The notes under the pieces: model-generated
Told to the model about the DNA's origin: nothing
Seen by the model: only the letters and a program-made list of their open reading frames with translations
Database searches by the model: none
Shown: positions 8,142-17,394 of the stretch, in pieces
How positions within the stretch are numbered: position 1 is the stretch's first letter
How the letters are laid out: each line of letters opens with the position of its first letter
NCBI GenBank assembly: GCA_022820545.1
Contig: JAJEFG010000023.1
Location: forward strand, 14,761 to 78,760
DNA from: Acidobacteriota bacterium
Lineage (GTDB): Bacteria > Acidobacteriota > Vicinamibacteria > Marinacidobacterales > Marinacidobacteraceae
DNA length: 64,000 nt
Direction of reading: 5' to 3'
Program-made: the position numbers and the translations under genes

Positions 8142-9578
8142 CTACCGCACCCGGCGCGAGTAGTTCACCCCGACGAAGATCCGGGTGACCTCGCCCGCGT
8201 CGTTCACCTCGAAGCGCACGAGTTCCCCGTGCGCACCGAAGCCGTCGCTCTCCAGCCGGAAGACGTGGGGGGTGTCGGTCGGCTTCAGGACGCCCTGCGA
8301 CCCGCGCGGATCCTCGGAGAGGGGCGACAGGACCACCAGCTCGTTCTCCTGGCGGAGCACGGCGGTCTCTCCGCTGCGCCTTCGGTAGGTCCCGAGGTAG
8401 ATGTCCCAGTCGGAGGACCAGATCGCCGGTTTCTCCTTTTCGCCGCGGGCGGCGGCAAGGGCGGGAGCGACCCATTCGAAAGCCTTGTCGAGGTAGCGGC
8501 CGGGATCGCCGTCAACGCCGTTCGTGAAGACGACGACGCCGATCTTCTCCTCCGGGCTGAGCTGCGTCTGGGTGCGGTAGCCGGGATACCCGCCGCCGTG
8601 GCCGATCAGGTCGCGGTCGTCGGTGTGCCGCACCGAGAAACCGAGGCCCCAGCCGCTGTCCCACGAGGTGTGGAGCCAGTGGACCCGCTGCATCTCCAGC
8701 AGGGTGTTGCTGGCGAGGATCTCCTCGCTGCGGCGGTCGCGGACCCGCATCTGCCAGGAGAGGAAACGGAGCATGTCGGGGACCGTCGAGGAAAGGCCGG
8801 TCGCGGGGTCGAACGACCGCGCGTCCACGAACGGGAAGACCTCGCGGGGGCCATCGGGAATCCGGCGGCCGTAGCCGGTCGCGAGCCGGTCCCGCTGGTC
8901 TGCCGGGACCTGGCCGACGCTGGTGGAGTCCATCCCCAGCGGTTTCAGAATCCCGTCGGTCACGAGGTCGGCGAAGGAGTCGCCGGTGGCGGCTTCGGCC
9001 ACCATGCCGGCGAGAGTGAACCCGAGGTTCGAGTACTTCCACTTGGTCTCGGTGGCGTAGGTGGTCTCCTGATCCGAGACCGTTTCCCGCAGGGCCTCGA
9101 CCTCCGGGAACTCGAAGTCGGTCCAGGCGGGGTGGATGGACTCGCGCGGCAGCCCCCCGGTGTGGGTCAGCAGGTGGCGGACGGTGACCGGCCGCGCCTC
9201 CGGATGCCGGTTCCGGATGTCGAACCAGGGCAGGTGCTCGGTGACCGGATCGTCGAGCCTGAGCTTTCCGGCGTCCCGTGCGCGCATCACCGTGATCGCG
9301 GTGAACAGCTTCGAGTGGGAGGCGATCCGGAAGATGGAGTCCTCGCTCATCGGGACCGGGGGATCCAGCGAGGCGTGGCCGTACGCCTTCACCCACACCG
9401 GTTCCTGATCGTGGACGATCCCGATCACGAGTCCGGGCAGGCCGCCGAATTCCATCTGGCTCTGGATCCAGGTGTCCAGCAGGGTGATGCCGGCCTGCAC
9501 CGGGGAGTCGGGGCTCTCCTGGGCGACCCCCGGGGCCGCCGCGAAGAGCAGGACGAAGAGCAGGGCTCGTACCCGCAT
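8142..9578 (-). CDS. secreted serine hydrolase (class C beta-lactamase / DD-peptidase family)
   Basis: SxxK motif FRIASHSKLF plus a signal peptide MRVRALLFVLLFAAAPGVAQ. Start is placed at the ATG that has a GGAGG 7 nt upstream. The track start is 9599. Confidence 0.85.
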   Translation of the reverse strand: MRVRALLFVLLFAAAPGVAQESPDSPVQAGITLLDTWIQSQMEFGGLPGLVIGIVHDQEPVWVKAYGHASLDPPVPMSEDSIFRIASHSKLFTAITVMRARDAGKLRLDDPVTEHLPWFDIRNRHPEARPVTVRHLLTHTGGLPRESIHPAWTDFEFPEVEALRETVSDQETTYATETKWKYSNLGFTLAGMVAEAATGDSFADLVTDGILKPLGMDSTSVGQVPADQRDRLATGYGRRIPDGPREVFPFVDARSFDPATGLSSTVPDMLRFLSWQMRVRDRRSEEILASNTLLEMQRVHWLHTSWDSGWGLGFSVRHTDDRDLIGHGGGYPGYRTQTQLSPEEKIGVVVFTNGVDGDPGRYLDKAFEWVAPALAAARGEKEKPAIWSSDWDIYLGTYRRRSGETAVLRQENELVVLSPLSEDPRGSQGVLKPTDTPHVFRLESDGFGAHGELVRFEVNDAGEVTRIFVGVNYSRRVR

Positions 9579-9711
9579 GGTCATTCCTCCCGTCGGCAAC
9601 GATCTCCGATTCTATGGAAGAGCCGGCGTAGCGCCTGGGCAAGGGACGCCAAGCGCCGTGATGGAGCACGAAGGATGGGATATTATGACTTGAGAAGTCT
9701 AAATTATCGGT

Positions 9712-10929
9712 ATGCGCTATCCACGCCACTGCACAGACCGGCTCCACAGCCTCGCCCGCCACTTCCCGGCGGTGGTCGTGACCGGTGCGCGGCAGGCGGG
9801 AAAAACGACCCTCCTGCGGGCTGCCTTTCCCGATCATCACTACGTCTCGCTCGACCTCCCCACCATCGCGGAGCAGGCCGAACGCAATCCGGATCTCTTC
9901 CTCAGGCAGCACCCCCCGCCGGTGCTCGTGGACGAAGTGCAGTACGCGCCCGGACTGTTCCGCCACCTCAAGGCGGCGATCGACGCGGACCGTCACGGGA
10001 TGGGCCGCTTCATCCTTACCGGCAGCCAGCACTTCACCCTGATGAAGGGAGTCTCCGACAGCCTGGCGGGACGCACGGGACTCCTGGAACTCGAGAATCT
10101 GGCGCTCGATGAGATCCGGGCGGTCACCGAGGTTCCGGGCGATGCGCGCGGCATGGGCGCCCTGATGGCCCGCGGCCAGTTCCCCGAACTCTGGCGGGTC
10201 CCGGCACTGCCGCCCCGGGACTTCTTCCAGAGCTACCTGGCGACCTATCTGGAACGCGACGTGCGCCAGATCCTCCGGGTCGGCAGCCTCCGTGACTTCG
10301 AGCGATTCATCCGCGTCCTGGCGGCGCGCCCGGCGGCGATGCTCAACCGCAGTGATGTCGCAAGGGATGTTGGAGTCGCCGTCAAGACCATCAGCGAGTG
10401 GTTGAGCGTCCTCGAAACCTCCGGCCAGGTCGCGCTGCTCGAGCCGTGGTACGCCAACTTCGGAAAGCGGCTGGTGAAGACGCCCAAGGCGTACTTCCGC
10501 GACACCGGACTGCTCTGCTTCCTCCTCAACCTGGACGAGACGACGCTGCTCAGCTCGCCGATGCTGGGGGCGATCTGGGAGACCTTCGTCTTCGCCGAAA
10601 TGCGCAAGCTGAACGAGATCGGCGGCCGGCCGTTCGGACTCTGGTACTACCGGGACCTCCGGGGCCGCGAGGTGGATTTCGTGATGGAGGCCGGGGGCAG
10701 GCTGAATCTCGTGGAGTGCAAGTGGGAAGAGCATCCCGGCCAGCGCGAAGCGCGGAACCTCCAGCGGGTGAACGCCGAGATGGAAGCCGCCAAGGGGCCC
10801 TGGCGGCCGGGCGAGCACCATGTGCTGGGCCGCCCGGCAGCCGTTTCCTCGCTGGCGCCCGGAGTCTCGGTCGTCGGGGTAAATGACCTCCCGACGATTC
10901 TCGCGGGACGCTCGCCGCTCGAGGGGTAA
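9712..10929 (+). CDS. AAA ATPase with DUF4143-type PD-(D/E)xK C-terminal domain (distant paralog of 6091..7266)
   Basis: Walker A GARQAGKTT, Walker B VLVDEVQ, and C-terminal REVDFVME...LNLVECKW, a classic D...ExK motif. Confidence 0.85.
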   Translation: MRYPRHCTDRLHSLARHFPAVVVTGARQAGKTTLLRAAFPDHHYVSLDLPTIAEQAERNPDLFLRQHPPPVLVDEVQYAPGLFRHLKAAIDADRHGMGRFILTGSQHFTLMKGVSDSLAGRTGLLELENLALDEIRAVTEVPGDARGMGALMARGQFPELWRVPALPPRDFFQSYLATYLERDVRQILRVGSLRDFERFIRVLAARPAAMLNRSDVARDVGVAVKTISEWLSVLETSGQVALLEPWYANFGKRLVKTPKAYFRDTGLLCFLLNLDETTLLSSPMLGAIWETFVFAEMRKLNEIGGRPFGLWYYRDLRGREVDFVMEAGGRLNLVECKWEEHPGQREARNLQRVNAEMEAAKGPWRPGEHHVLGRPAAVSSLAPGVSVVGVNDLPTILAGRSPLEG

Positions 10930-10968
10930 GTTCGGGCCCGTATACGCCGCGATGCCCCCGAGCCTGCG

Positions 10969-10994
10969 GAGCGGGAGCGCCGCGATTCCCGCTC
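10969..10994. terminator. hairpin between convergent genes
   Basis: GAGCGGGA-N10-TCCCGCTC, an 8-bp stem. It overlaps the stop codon of the 10993..14082 gene and lies 40 nt after the stop of 9712..10929. Confidence 0.35.
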
Positions 10995-13900
10995 AGTTCT
11001 CCATCGACTCCACAACCCGCCGGAGCTCCTCCAAGAGCCCCGCCAGCACCGGATCCAGATCGTCAAACCTCTCGAACGCGGAATCGGTCGGCTGCGAGTC
11101 GGCCCCCTCGACGTACCCGTACAGAAGGTCGAGTTGCTGGATGAGCTTCGGGGCGTAGTCCTGGTCCTCGCGGTCGAAGTCCTCGGGAAGCGGCACGAGT
11201 TCCCGTTCGATCCGGGTGAGCCGTTCCGCGACGGACGCCGACGCCCCCTCGCGCAGCTCCCGGATCTCGGCCACCGCCCGGTGGAGATCCGTGATCCGGT
11301 CCCGGATCCTGAGCAGCAGGTCGAACTGGCTCTGGAACTCCTCGGCCGTCGTCGTCACCCGCGGATCGGGCAGCACCTCGATCGGCTGCGTCCCGCTCCA
11401 ACCCTCGGTCGAGACCCGGACCTGGTACGTCCCCGGCACCACCAGCGGCCCGAGCGGCGCCCCGCCGAACGCCGAGGGATGCCTGAGATCCCATACGAAG
11501 CGATTCAGCCCCGCGTTGAAGAAGGTGCTCTCCTCCTTGAAGAAGGGCGCCTCCGGACGGGCGATCACGGAAGGATCCTTGGGGTCGTCCTCGCTGGAAA
11601 AGCGCCGGATGACCTCCCCCGCCCCGTCGAGGATCTCGAGGGTCACTTCGCCTTCTGGGGCTTCGGCGAACCAGGTATAGATCGTGGTGCCGTTCGGGGC
11701 GTCGGTGCCCTGCCGGTCCCGGGTGATGCGCGCGCCCCCGTAGAGGTCGCGGGGGTTCGCGACCGACCGCCAGCCGCCCACGTACTCGTCCACCGCTTCC
11801 TCCTCCGCGGTCCTGACCCGGTGGGCGTCCCGCGGCGCGAAGAGGTGCGCCGGCGACGCCGCCACCTCGTCCGTCAACTGGTGGAGCGGCGACAGGTCGT
11901 CGAGGATCCAGAAAGAGCGGCCCTTCGTGGAGAGCACGAGGTCCTTTTCGTGGACGACCAGGTCCGTGACGGGGGCCACCGGGAAGTTGAGCTGGAGCGA
12001 CTGCCAGTGCGCGCCGTCGTCGAAGGAAACGAACACCCCGTACTCGGTGCCGGCGTAGAGAAGCCCTTTGCGGTCGGGATCCTCCCGCACCACCCGCACC
12101 CACTGGTCGACGGGGATTCCGTTCGTCCCGTCGGTCAGGAGTTCCCAGCTCTGCCCGAAGTCGTCGGTGCGGAAGACGTAAGGCCGGAAGTCGTCGAGGC
12201 GGAAGCGCACGACGGAGATGAAGGCCCTCCCCGCCGTGTGCGGCGAGACCTCCAGGATGTTCACCGTCCCGGAGTCCGGCATGTCCGCCGGGGTGATGTT
12301 CGTCCAGTCCTCACCACCGTCCCGCGAGATGTGGACGAGGCCGTCGTCGGTGCCGGCCCAGAGCACCCCCGGAATGTGCTTCGATTCGGCGAGCGCGAAG
12401 ATGGTGCAGTAGACCTCCTCGCTCGTCACCTCGCGGGTGATGGGACCGCCCCAGGTGCCGATCCGCTCGGGATCGGCCGTGGTCAGGTCGGGGCTGATGA
12501 TCTCCCAGGTCTGTCCCTCGTTGGCGGAGCGGTGGACCACGTGCGACGCGTGGTAGAGCACGTTCGGGTCGTGCGGTGATAGCACGATGGGCGCCGTCCG
12601 CTGGAACCGGTAGCGAAGGTGTTTCGCCGGCATCCCGCCAACCTCGGGATAGGCCTTGATGGGGCGGATCTGACCGGTGGCGCGGTCGAAACGGGTGATC
12701 GCGCCGCTCGTGCTCCCGGCGAAGACGATGTTCGGGTTGTCGGGGCGGATCACCGCGACCCCGCCCTCCATGCCCCCGACCCCGTCCCAGTGCTGGAGCT
12801 GGAGCCGCATGCCGTAGTGGCCGGACCGGCTGGGCACCGAGAGCACCTCCCAGGTGTCCTGCGCCGAGCCGTACACCCGGTAGGGGAACTGGTTGTCCAC
12901 GCTGACCCGGTACATCTCCGAAGTCGGCTGGTTGAGCTGGCTCGACCAGGTGCGTCCCCCGTTCCAGGAGACGTTCGCGCCGCCGTCGTTTCCCTGGACC
13001 ATGATCTGGTTGTTGCCCGGATTGATCCAGAGGTCGTGGTTGTCGCCGTGCGGGGTGGCGATGAGGTCGAAGGTCTCGCCGGCGTCGTCCGAGCGGTGGA
13101 AGAAGCGGCTCACCACGTAGACCCGGTCCACATCGACGGGATCGGCGTAGATGTGCATGTAGTACCAGGGCCGGTTCTGGAGTTCGCGGTCGTCGTTGAT
13201 GAGCTGGAACGAGGCGCCGGCGTCGTCCGAGCGATAGACGCCGCCGTCCCGCGCCTCGACGAGCGCCCACACCCGGTTCGGATTCGCGCCGGAGACCGAG
13301 ATCCCGGTCCGCCCGATCATCCCCGCGGGCAGGCCGTTCGTCAGTTCCGTCCAGGTGTCGCCGCCGTCCGCGGTCTTGTAGATGCCGCCTTCCTCGCTGC
13401 CCGAGATCATGGTCCAGGGCTTTCGCTCCGCGGTCCACATGGTCGCGTAGAGCACGTCCGGGTTCGAGGGGTCCATGGAAATCTCGTTCGCGCCGGTCCG
13501 CTCGCTGACGTAGAGCACCTTCTCCCAGCTCGCGCCGCCGTCGGTGGTCCGGAAGACCCCCCGCATCTCGTTCGGCCCGAAGGCGTGGCCGAGCACCGCC
13601 GCATGGGCGATGTCCGGGTTCTGCGGGTGGATGATCACCCGGCCGATCTGCCCGGCGTCGCGGAGTCCGACGTGGGTCCAGCTCTCTCCGCCGTCCGTGG
13701 ACTTGTACATCCCGTCCCCCGGGGAGACGTTGCCCCGGATGGCGGTCGAACCACTTCCCACGTAGACGATGCGCGGGTCGGAGTCCGCCACGTCGATGGC
13801 GCCAATGGAACTCGAGGTGTAATAGCCGTCGGAGACGTTGACCCAACTCTCGCCCGCGTCGGTCGTCTTCCAGAGGCCGCCGCCGTTCGTGCCCATGAAA

Positions 13901-14082
13901 TAGGTCCAGGGCTGCTCGGCGATGCCGGCCACCGCGGTGACCCGGGAGCCCTTGTGGGGCCCGATCATGCGGTACTTGAGGGCCTGGTAGGTCGCGGGGT
14001 CGTGGACGTCGTTCTGCGCCCCGGCCGCGGCAAGCGACGCAGCCAGAAGGGTCAGCGGAAGCAGGCAGGCAGTGTGTCTCAT
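10993..14082 (-). CDS. BNR/sortilin (VPS10)-type repeat exoprotein, about 1,030 aa
   Basis: Signal peptide. Repeated S/T-x-D-x-G-x-x-W units (TTDAGESW, STDGGESW, TTDGGASW, TADGGDTW, SDDAGETF, NGGRTW, ANEGQTW, SRDGGEDW, TDDFGQSW, FDDGAHW). Start is set at the ATG following GGGAGGA. The track start is 14094. Confidence 0.85.
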   Translation of the reverse strand: MRHTACLLPLTLLAASLAAAGAQNDVHDPATYQALKYRMIGPHKGSRVTAVAGIAEQPWTYFMGTNGGGLWKTTDAGESWVNVSDGYYTSSSIGAIDVADSDPRIVYVGSGSTAIRGNVSPGDGMYKSTDGGESWTHVGLRDAGQIGRVIIHPQNPDIAHAAVLGHAFGPNEMRGVFRTTDGGASWEKVLYVSERTGANEISMDPSNPDVLYATMWTAERKPWTMISGSEEGGIYKTADGGDTWTELTNGLPAGMIGRTGISVSGANPNRVWALVEARDGGVYRSDDAGASFQLINDDRELQNRPWYYMHIYADPVDVDRVYVVSRFFHRSDDAGETFDLIATPHGDNHDLWINPGNNQIMVQGNDGGANVSWNGGRTWSSQLNQPTSEMYRVSVDNQFPYRVYGSAQDTWEVLSVPSRSGHYGMRLQLQHWDGVGGMEGGVAVIRPDNPNIVFAGSTSGAITRFDRATGQIRPIKAYPEVGGMPAKHLRYRFQRTAPIVLSPHDPNVLYHASHVVHRSANEGQTWEIISPDLTTADPERIGTWGGPITREVTSEEVYCTIFALAESKHIPGVLWAGTDDGLVHISRDGGEDWTNITPADMPDSGTVNILEVSPHTAGRAFISVVRFRLDDFRPYVFRTDDFGQSWELLTDGTNGIPVDQWVRVVREDPDRKGLLYAGTEYGVFVSFDDGAHWQSLQLNFPVAPVTDLVVHEKDLVLSTKGRSFWILDDLSPLHQLTDEVAASPAHLFAPRDAHRVRTAEEEAVDEYVGGWRSVANPRDLYGGARITRDRQGTDAPNGTTIYTWFAEAPEGEVTLEILDGAGEVIRRFSSEDDPKDPSVIARPEAPFFKEESTFFNAGLNRFVWDLRHPSAFGGAPLGPLVVPGTYQVRVSTEGWSGTQPIEVLPDPRVTTTAEEFQSQFDLLLRIRDRITDLHRAVAEIRELREGASASVAERLTRIERELVPLPEDFDREDQDYAPKLIQQLDLLYGYVEGADSQPTDSAFERFDDLDPVLAGLLEELRRVVESMEN

Positions 14083-14197
14083 CGTTCCTCCCATGTCTCG
14101 GCGGAGGAGCCGAGCCTGTCGCCAGCGGGACCGCGATGCGGCCAGGGAAAGCTGTGGTCTTTCTGTGTCTAGCTCTCGGCGTCCATCGCCAACAGTC

Positions 14198-14941
14198 TCA
14201 CGTTTTCTGCGTCGTCGGCCTGAGCACGACGGTGTTCACCGAAACGCGTGCCGGCAACCCGACCGTGGCGAGGGTCGCCTCGGCGACATCTTCCGCCGTG
14301 AGCATCTCCTCGAGGGGAATGGGTGGCTTCAGAGCGTCCGGATTGTCCGGATCGAAATATGTCGTCAACGTCATCCCGGGATAGACCGCCGTCACCTTGA
14401 TCCCGTACTCGAGCACCTCGGACCGAAGCGCTTCCGCGAGCGAGCGCATCGCGAATTTCGTGGCGGAGTAGATCGAACCGCCCGGGGAATAGCGATAGCC
14501 GGCCACCGAGTCCATCATCACGATGTGCCCTTGCTTCCGAGCGATCATGCCGGGCAGGGCAAATCGGGTGCAGTAGTACGCGCCGAGGAAATTCGTCCGC
14601 ACCATCAGGTCTACATCCCGCGGGTCGGTGTCCGCGATCTTTCCTCCTATCGCCAAACCCGCGTTGTTCATCAGAACGTCGATGTGGCCGAAGCGCCGCT
14701 CCGCCTCCTCGATCAGTCCCTGACAGGACGCGCAGTCGCCGACGTCTCCCGGCACCGCGATGACGTCCTGTCCCGTGGGATCCAGCTCTCGGGCCAGAGT
14801 TTCCAGCGCCCCGGCGTTTCGCGCAGACAAGGCCAGCTTCATCCCGTCCCGTCGCCCAACCTCCGCCAATGCCCTCCCGATGCCCCGGCTCGCCCCGGTG
14901 ATCACGGCTGTCATTCCCGACAGCCTGCCGTTCCGGGTCAT
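14198..14941 (-). CDS. short-chain dehydrogenase/reductase
   Basis: TGASRGIG cofactor motif, NNAG, and catalytic YSATK. The track ORF (594 aa) is an artefactual 5' extension. The ATG at 14941 overlaps the MFS stop (ATGA). Confidence 0.85.
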   Translation of the reverse strand: MTRNGRLSGMTAVITGASRGIGRALAEVGRRDGMKLALSARNAGALETLARELDPTGQDVIAVPGDVGDCASCQGLIEEAERRFGHIDVLMNNAGLAIGGKIADTDPRDVDLMVRTNFLGAYYCTRFALPGMIARKQGHIVMMDSVAGYRYSPGGSIYSATKFAMRSLAEALRSEVLEYGIKVTAVYPGMTLTTYFDPDNPDALKPPIPLEEMLTAEDVAEATLATVGLPARVSVNTVVLRPTTQKT

Positions 14942-16107
14942 GGGGTCGCGGATTGGGAGCGGCTGGCTGGGCCCGTCCGAGAGAGCAGGGGAATCGCCAC
15001 CAGCGCGAGGATGGCCGCCAGCGCGAAGTCCCCGGAGTACCCGATCAGGCCCGTCGTCATTCCCAACACGAACGTGCCGCTGGTGATCCCCAGATCGATG
15101 GCCGATCCGAAGAGCCCGTAAGTCAGGCCCCGGTCTTCGCGCTTGGTCATGTCGGCCAGCAGCGCCATGAGCACTGTGAAAATGGCCCCGTGGCCCACCC
15201 CATACATCACCCCGGCCGTAACCAGGAACGGGAAGGACGCGGAATAGGCGAGCAGGCCGAACGTGCTGGCGATGATCACGATCAACAGCCACGCCGTCCG
15301 AGCGCGTCCCCAGACGTCCGAGACGCGGCCCATCACCGGCCGGCTTCCGAAGCTCAGAATGGAAAAGACGGTGAAGAAGATGCCCGGATTCGTGACCTCC
15401 GAGGCCCGGGCGTAGAGCGGCAGGAACGTCTGGCACGCGCCGTAGCCGAAACAGATGAAGAGGGTCGCCGCCAGTGGCCGGGCCAGTGGACGGACGAACC
15501 GCACGGCATCCGCCCAGCGAATCGCAGCCGGTGCCCGCTGCGTTGGCGGGGACAACAGGAGGCTGCACACGACCACGCCACCGGCCAACGCCGCCGCCCC
15601 CAGCAGCAGTCCCTCGCCGCCAAAGGAGTTCAGCAGGTAAGACCCAAGCGCCGGACCGAAGGTGAAACCCAGGCTGTTCAGAACCCCGAAGATCCCGAGT
15701 CCCATCCCGACGCGATCCTGGGGAACCACTTCGGACGCAAGGGCGGCCGCAGCCGTCGTCGCCATTGCCCAACCAATCCCCTGCAGGACTCGCGCGAGCA
15801 GGATGATCGCCGAGCTGTCGGGAACGAGGTAGAGCGGGAGCGGAAGGAGCAGGAGGACTCCTCCCGCCAGCATGATGATCTTGCGCCCGCGACGGTCGGC
15901 TTCCCGGCCCACGAAGGGGCGGACGATCAGGCTCGTCAGGAAATAGGACCCCAGGATCGTCCCGATCGCCCTCGAGTCCCAACCTGCCTCCTCCAGATAG
16001 AGGGGCAGATTCGTCACCAGCATCAGGGACAACGCCAGCGCGAGCATCCCGTAGGCGCTCAGCAGAACGAAGTTCCGGTTGAAGATGCCGGTGATGGTGC
16101 GAATCAT
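14938..16107 (-). CDS. MFS transporter
   Basis: 12 hydrophobic segments and an MFS loop motif GREADRRGRK between TM2 and TM3. Confidence 0.85.
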   Translation of the reverse strand: MIRTITGIFNRNFVLLSAYGMLALALSLMLVTNLPLYLEEAGWDSRAIGTILGSYFLTSLIVRPFVGREADRRGRKIIMLAGGVLLLLPLPLYLVPDSSAIILLARVLQGIGWAMATTAAAALASEVVPQDRVGMGLGIFGVLNSLGFTFGPALGSYLLNSFGGEGLLLGAAALAGGVVVCSLLLSPPTQRAPAAIRWADAVRFVRPLARPLAATLFICFGYGACQTFLPLYARASEVTNPGIFFTVFSILSFGSRPVMGRVSDVWGRARTAWLLIVIIASTFGLLAYSASFPFLVTAGVMYGVGHGAIFTVLMALLADMTKREDRGLTYGLFGSAIDLGITSGTFVLGMTTGLIGYSGDFALAAILALVAIPLLSRTGPASRSQSATP

Positions 16108-16137
16108 CGCTTCGGTGCGAACCCGCGGGGAAGGGTC

Positions 16138-17394
16138 CTAGTCAAGCGAGAGTTGCGCGTGGGCCCTTCGGGTCAGCGCGCTGACCGGGACTCCTTCCGG
16201 ACACGCACTGAGACACGCCTGGCTCTCACAGGTCAGGCAGATGTTTGCCCGGCTCTCCACCGCGAGGCTCGCGTACTCCAGACGCGCCTGCTGATGCAGC
16301 CCGTGATGGTCGTAGTACATCCCGTAGCGCAACACGTCGGCGATCGCGACGTCGGCCGGGCAGGCGTCCCGGCAGGGCGCGGAACAGGGAACCGGACAGC
16401 CGATACCCGACGCGAACCGGTGGTATACCCGCGCCAGCTCCGCGTCGCCTTCGACGAAGGGAGTCGTACCCGACTCGACGGCGGCGGCGACCGTCCCCGG
16501 TCCCGTCATCGTGTACTGCACAACATCCACGTTCGGGTCGCTGAGGACCCAGCGGCTAGCCGCGACCCGGGCCCCCAGGTACTTCCCGCGGGCCACGATG
16601 TCGTTCGGGTCCACGGCGTCGGGCCCGAGACCGGAGACCGCGCCGGCGGCCACGGCGCCGATCATGATCTTCATCGTCGCTACGGCAATGCCCTTGGCCT
16701 TTGCCTCCTCGAGCAGTCTGGGAAGCCGCGGCCAGCCGGCGGACCCGTAGAGGTCCCCCTCGGTCGTCGGGTTGTAGGCCACGAGCAGGAGGTCGTAGAG
16801 GTTCGTTTCGATGGTCCGCGCGACGATCTCGTGCAGCTTGGGATCGTGGGTGGAGGCGCCGAGGAATCGGACCCGGCCCTGAGCCTTGAGCAGCCGGTAG
16901 GCATCCAGCCACGCGGGGTTCGTGAGCGCTTCGGGACGCTGCACGTTGTGGATCAGCATGCAGTCGATGTAGTCGGTGCCGAGCCAGTCGAGGAACACGT
17001 GGAAACGGCGGACGACGTCCTGCGTGGTTGCCGTCAACTCATTCTGGAGACCAGGCTGAAACTTGGCGGAAACGAAGATGTCCTTGCGCGGCCTCCCCTT
17101 GAGCGCCTGGCCCACCATCTTGGCGTGCTCGCCGTCCAGGTAGATCTCCGCCGTATCGAAGTAGTTGATTCCCGCATCCGCCGAAGCGATCAGGGCGTCG
17201 GCATCCAGACTCAGCCCTGCCGCAACCTTGGACACCCGGACACCGGTCCGCCCCAGGGTGATGTAGTCGGACGGCTCGATCCGGGCCGGGGCGGACGGCA
17301 GGACCTGCGCCCCGGACGGCGGCACCGATGCTCCGACCGCCGCACCGATGCTCGTTCCGATGAAGGAACGCCGGTTTATCGTGTTGGTTGGCAT
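16138..17394 (-). CDS. aldo/keto reductase with Tat signal and C-terminal Cys-rich (Fe-S-like) domain
   Basis: INRRSFIGTSIGAAVGASV resembles a Tat signal. GINYFDTAEIYLDGEHAKMVG is the AKR motif. The C-terminus has CPVPCSAPCRDACP and CLTCESQACLSACP clusters. Start is set at MPTNT; the track start is 17433. Confidence 0.8.
   Translation of the reverse strand: MPTNTINRRSFIGTSIGAAVGASVPPSGAQVLPSAPARIEPSDYITLGRTGVRVSKVAAGLSLDADALIASADAGINYFDTAEIYLDGEHAKMVGQALKGRPRKDIFVSAKFQPGLQNELTATTQDVVRRFHVFLDWLGTDYIDCMLIHNVQRPEALTNPAWLDAYRLLKAQGRVRFLGASTHDPKLHEIVARTIETNLYDLLLVAYNPTTEGDLYGSAGWPRLPRLLEEAKAKGIAVATMKIMIGAVAAGAVSGLGPDAVDPNDIVARGKYLGARVAASRWVLSDPNVDVVQYTMTGPGTVAAAVESGTTPFVEGDAELARVYHRFASGIGCPVPCSAPCRDACPADVAIADVLRYGMYYDHHGLHQQARLEYASLAVESRANICLTCESQACLSACPEGVPVSALTRRAHAQLSLD

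Noticed and set aside
8229-10821. Long ORFs 8229..10112 (+, 627 aa) and 8512..10821 (-, 769 aa)
   Set aside because: Both run antisense or out of frame across the serine hydrolase and the DUF4143 ATPase, which have clear catalytic motifs. Their composition is Arg/Gly/Pro-rich and lacks domains.
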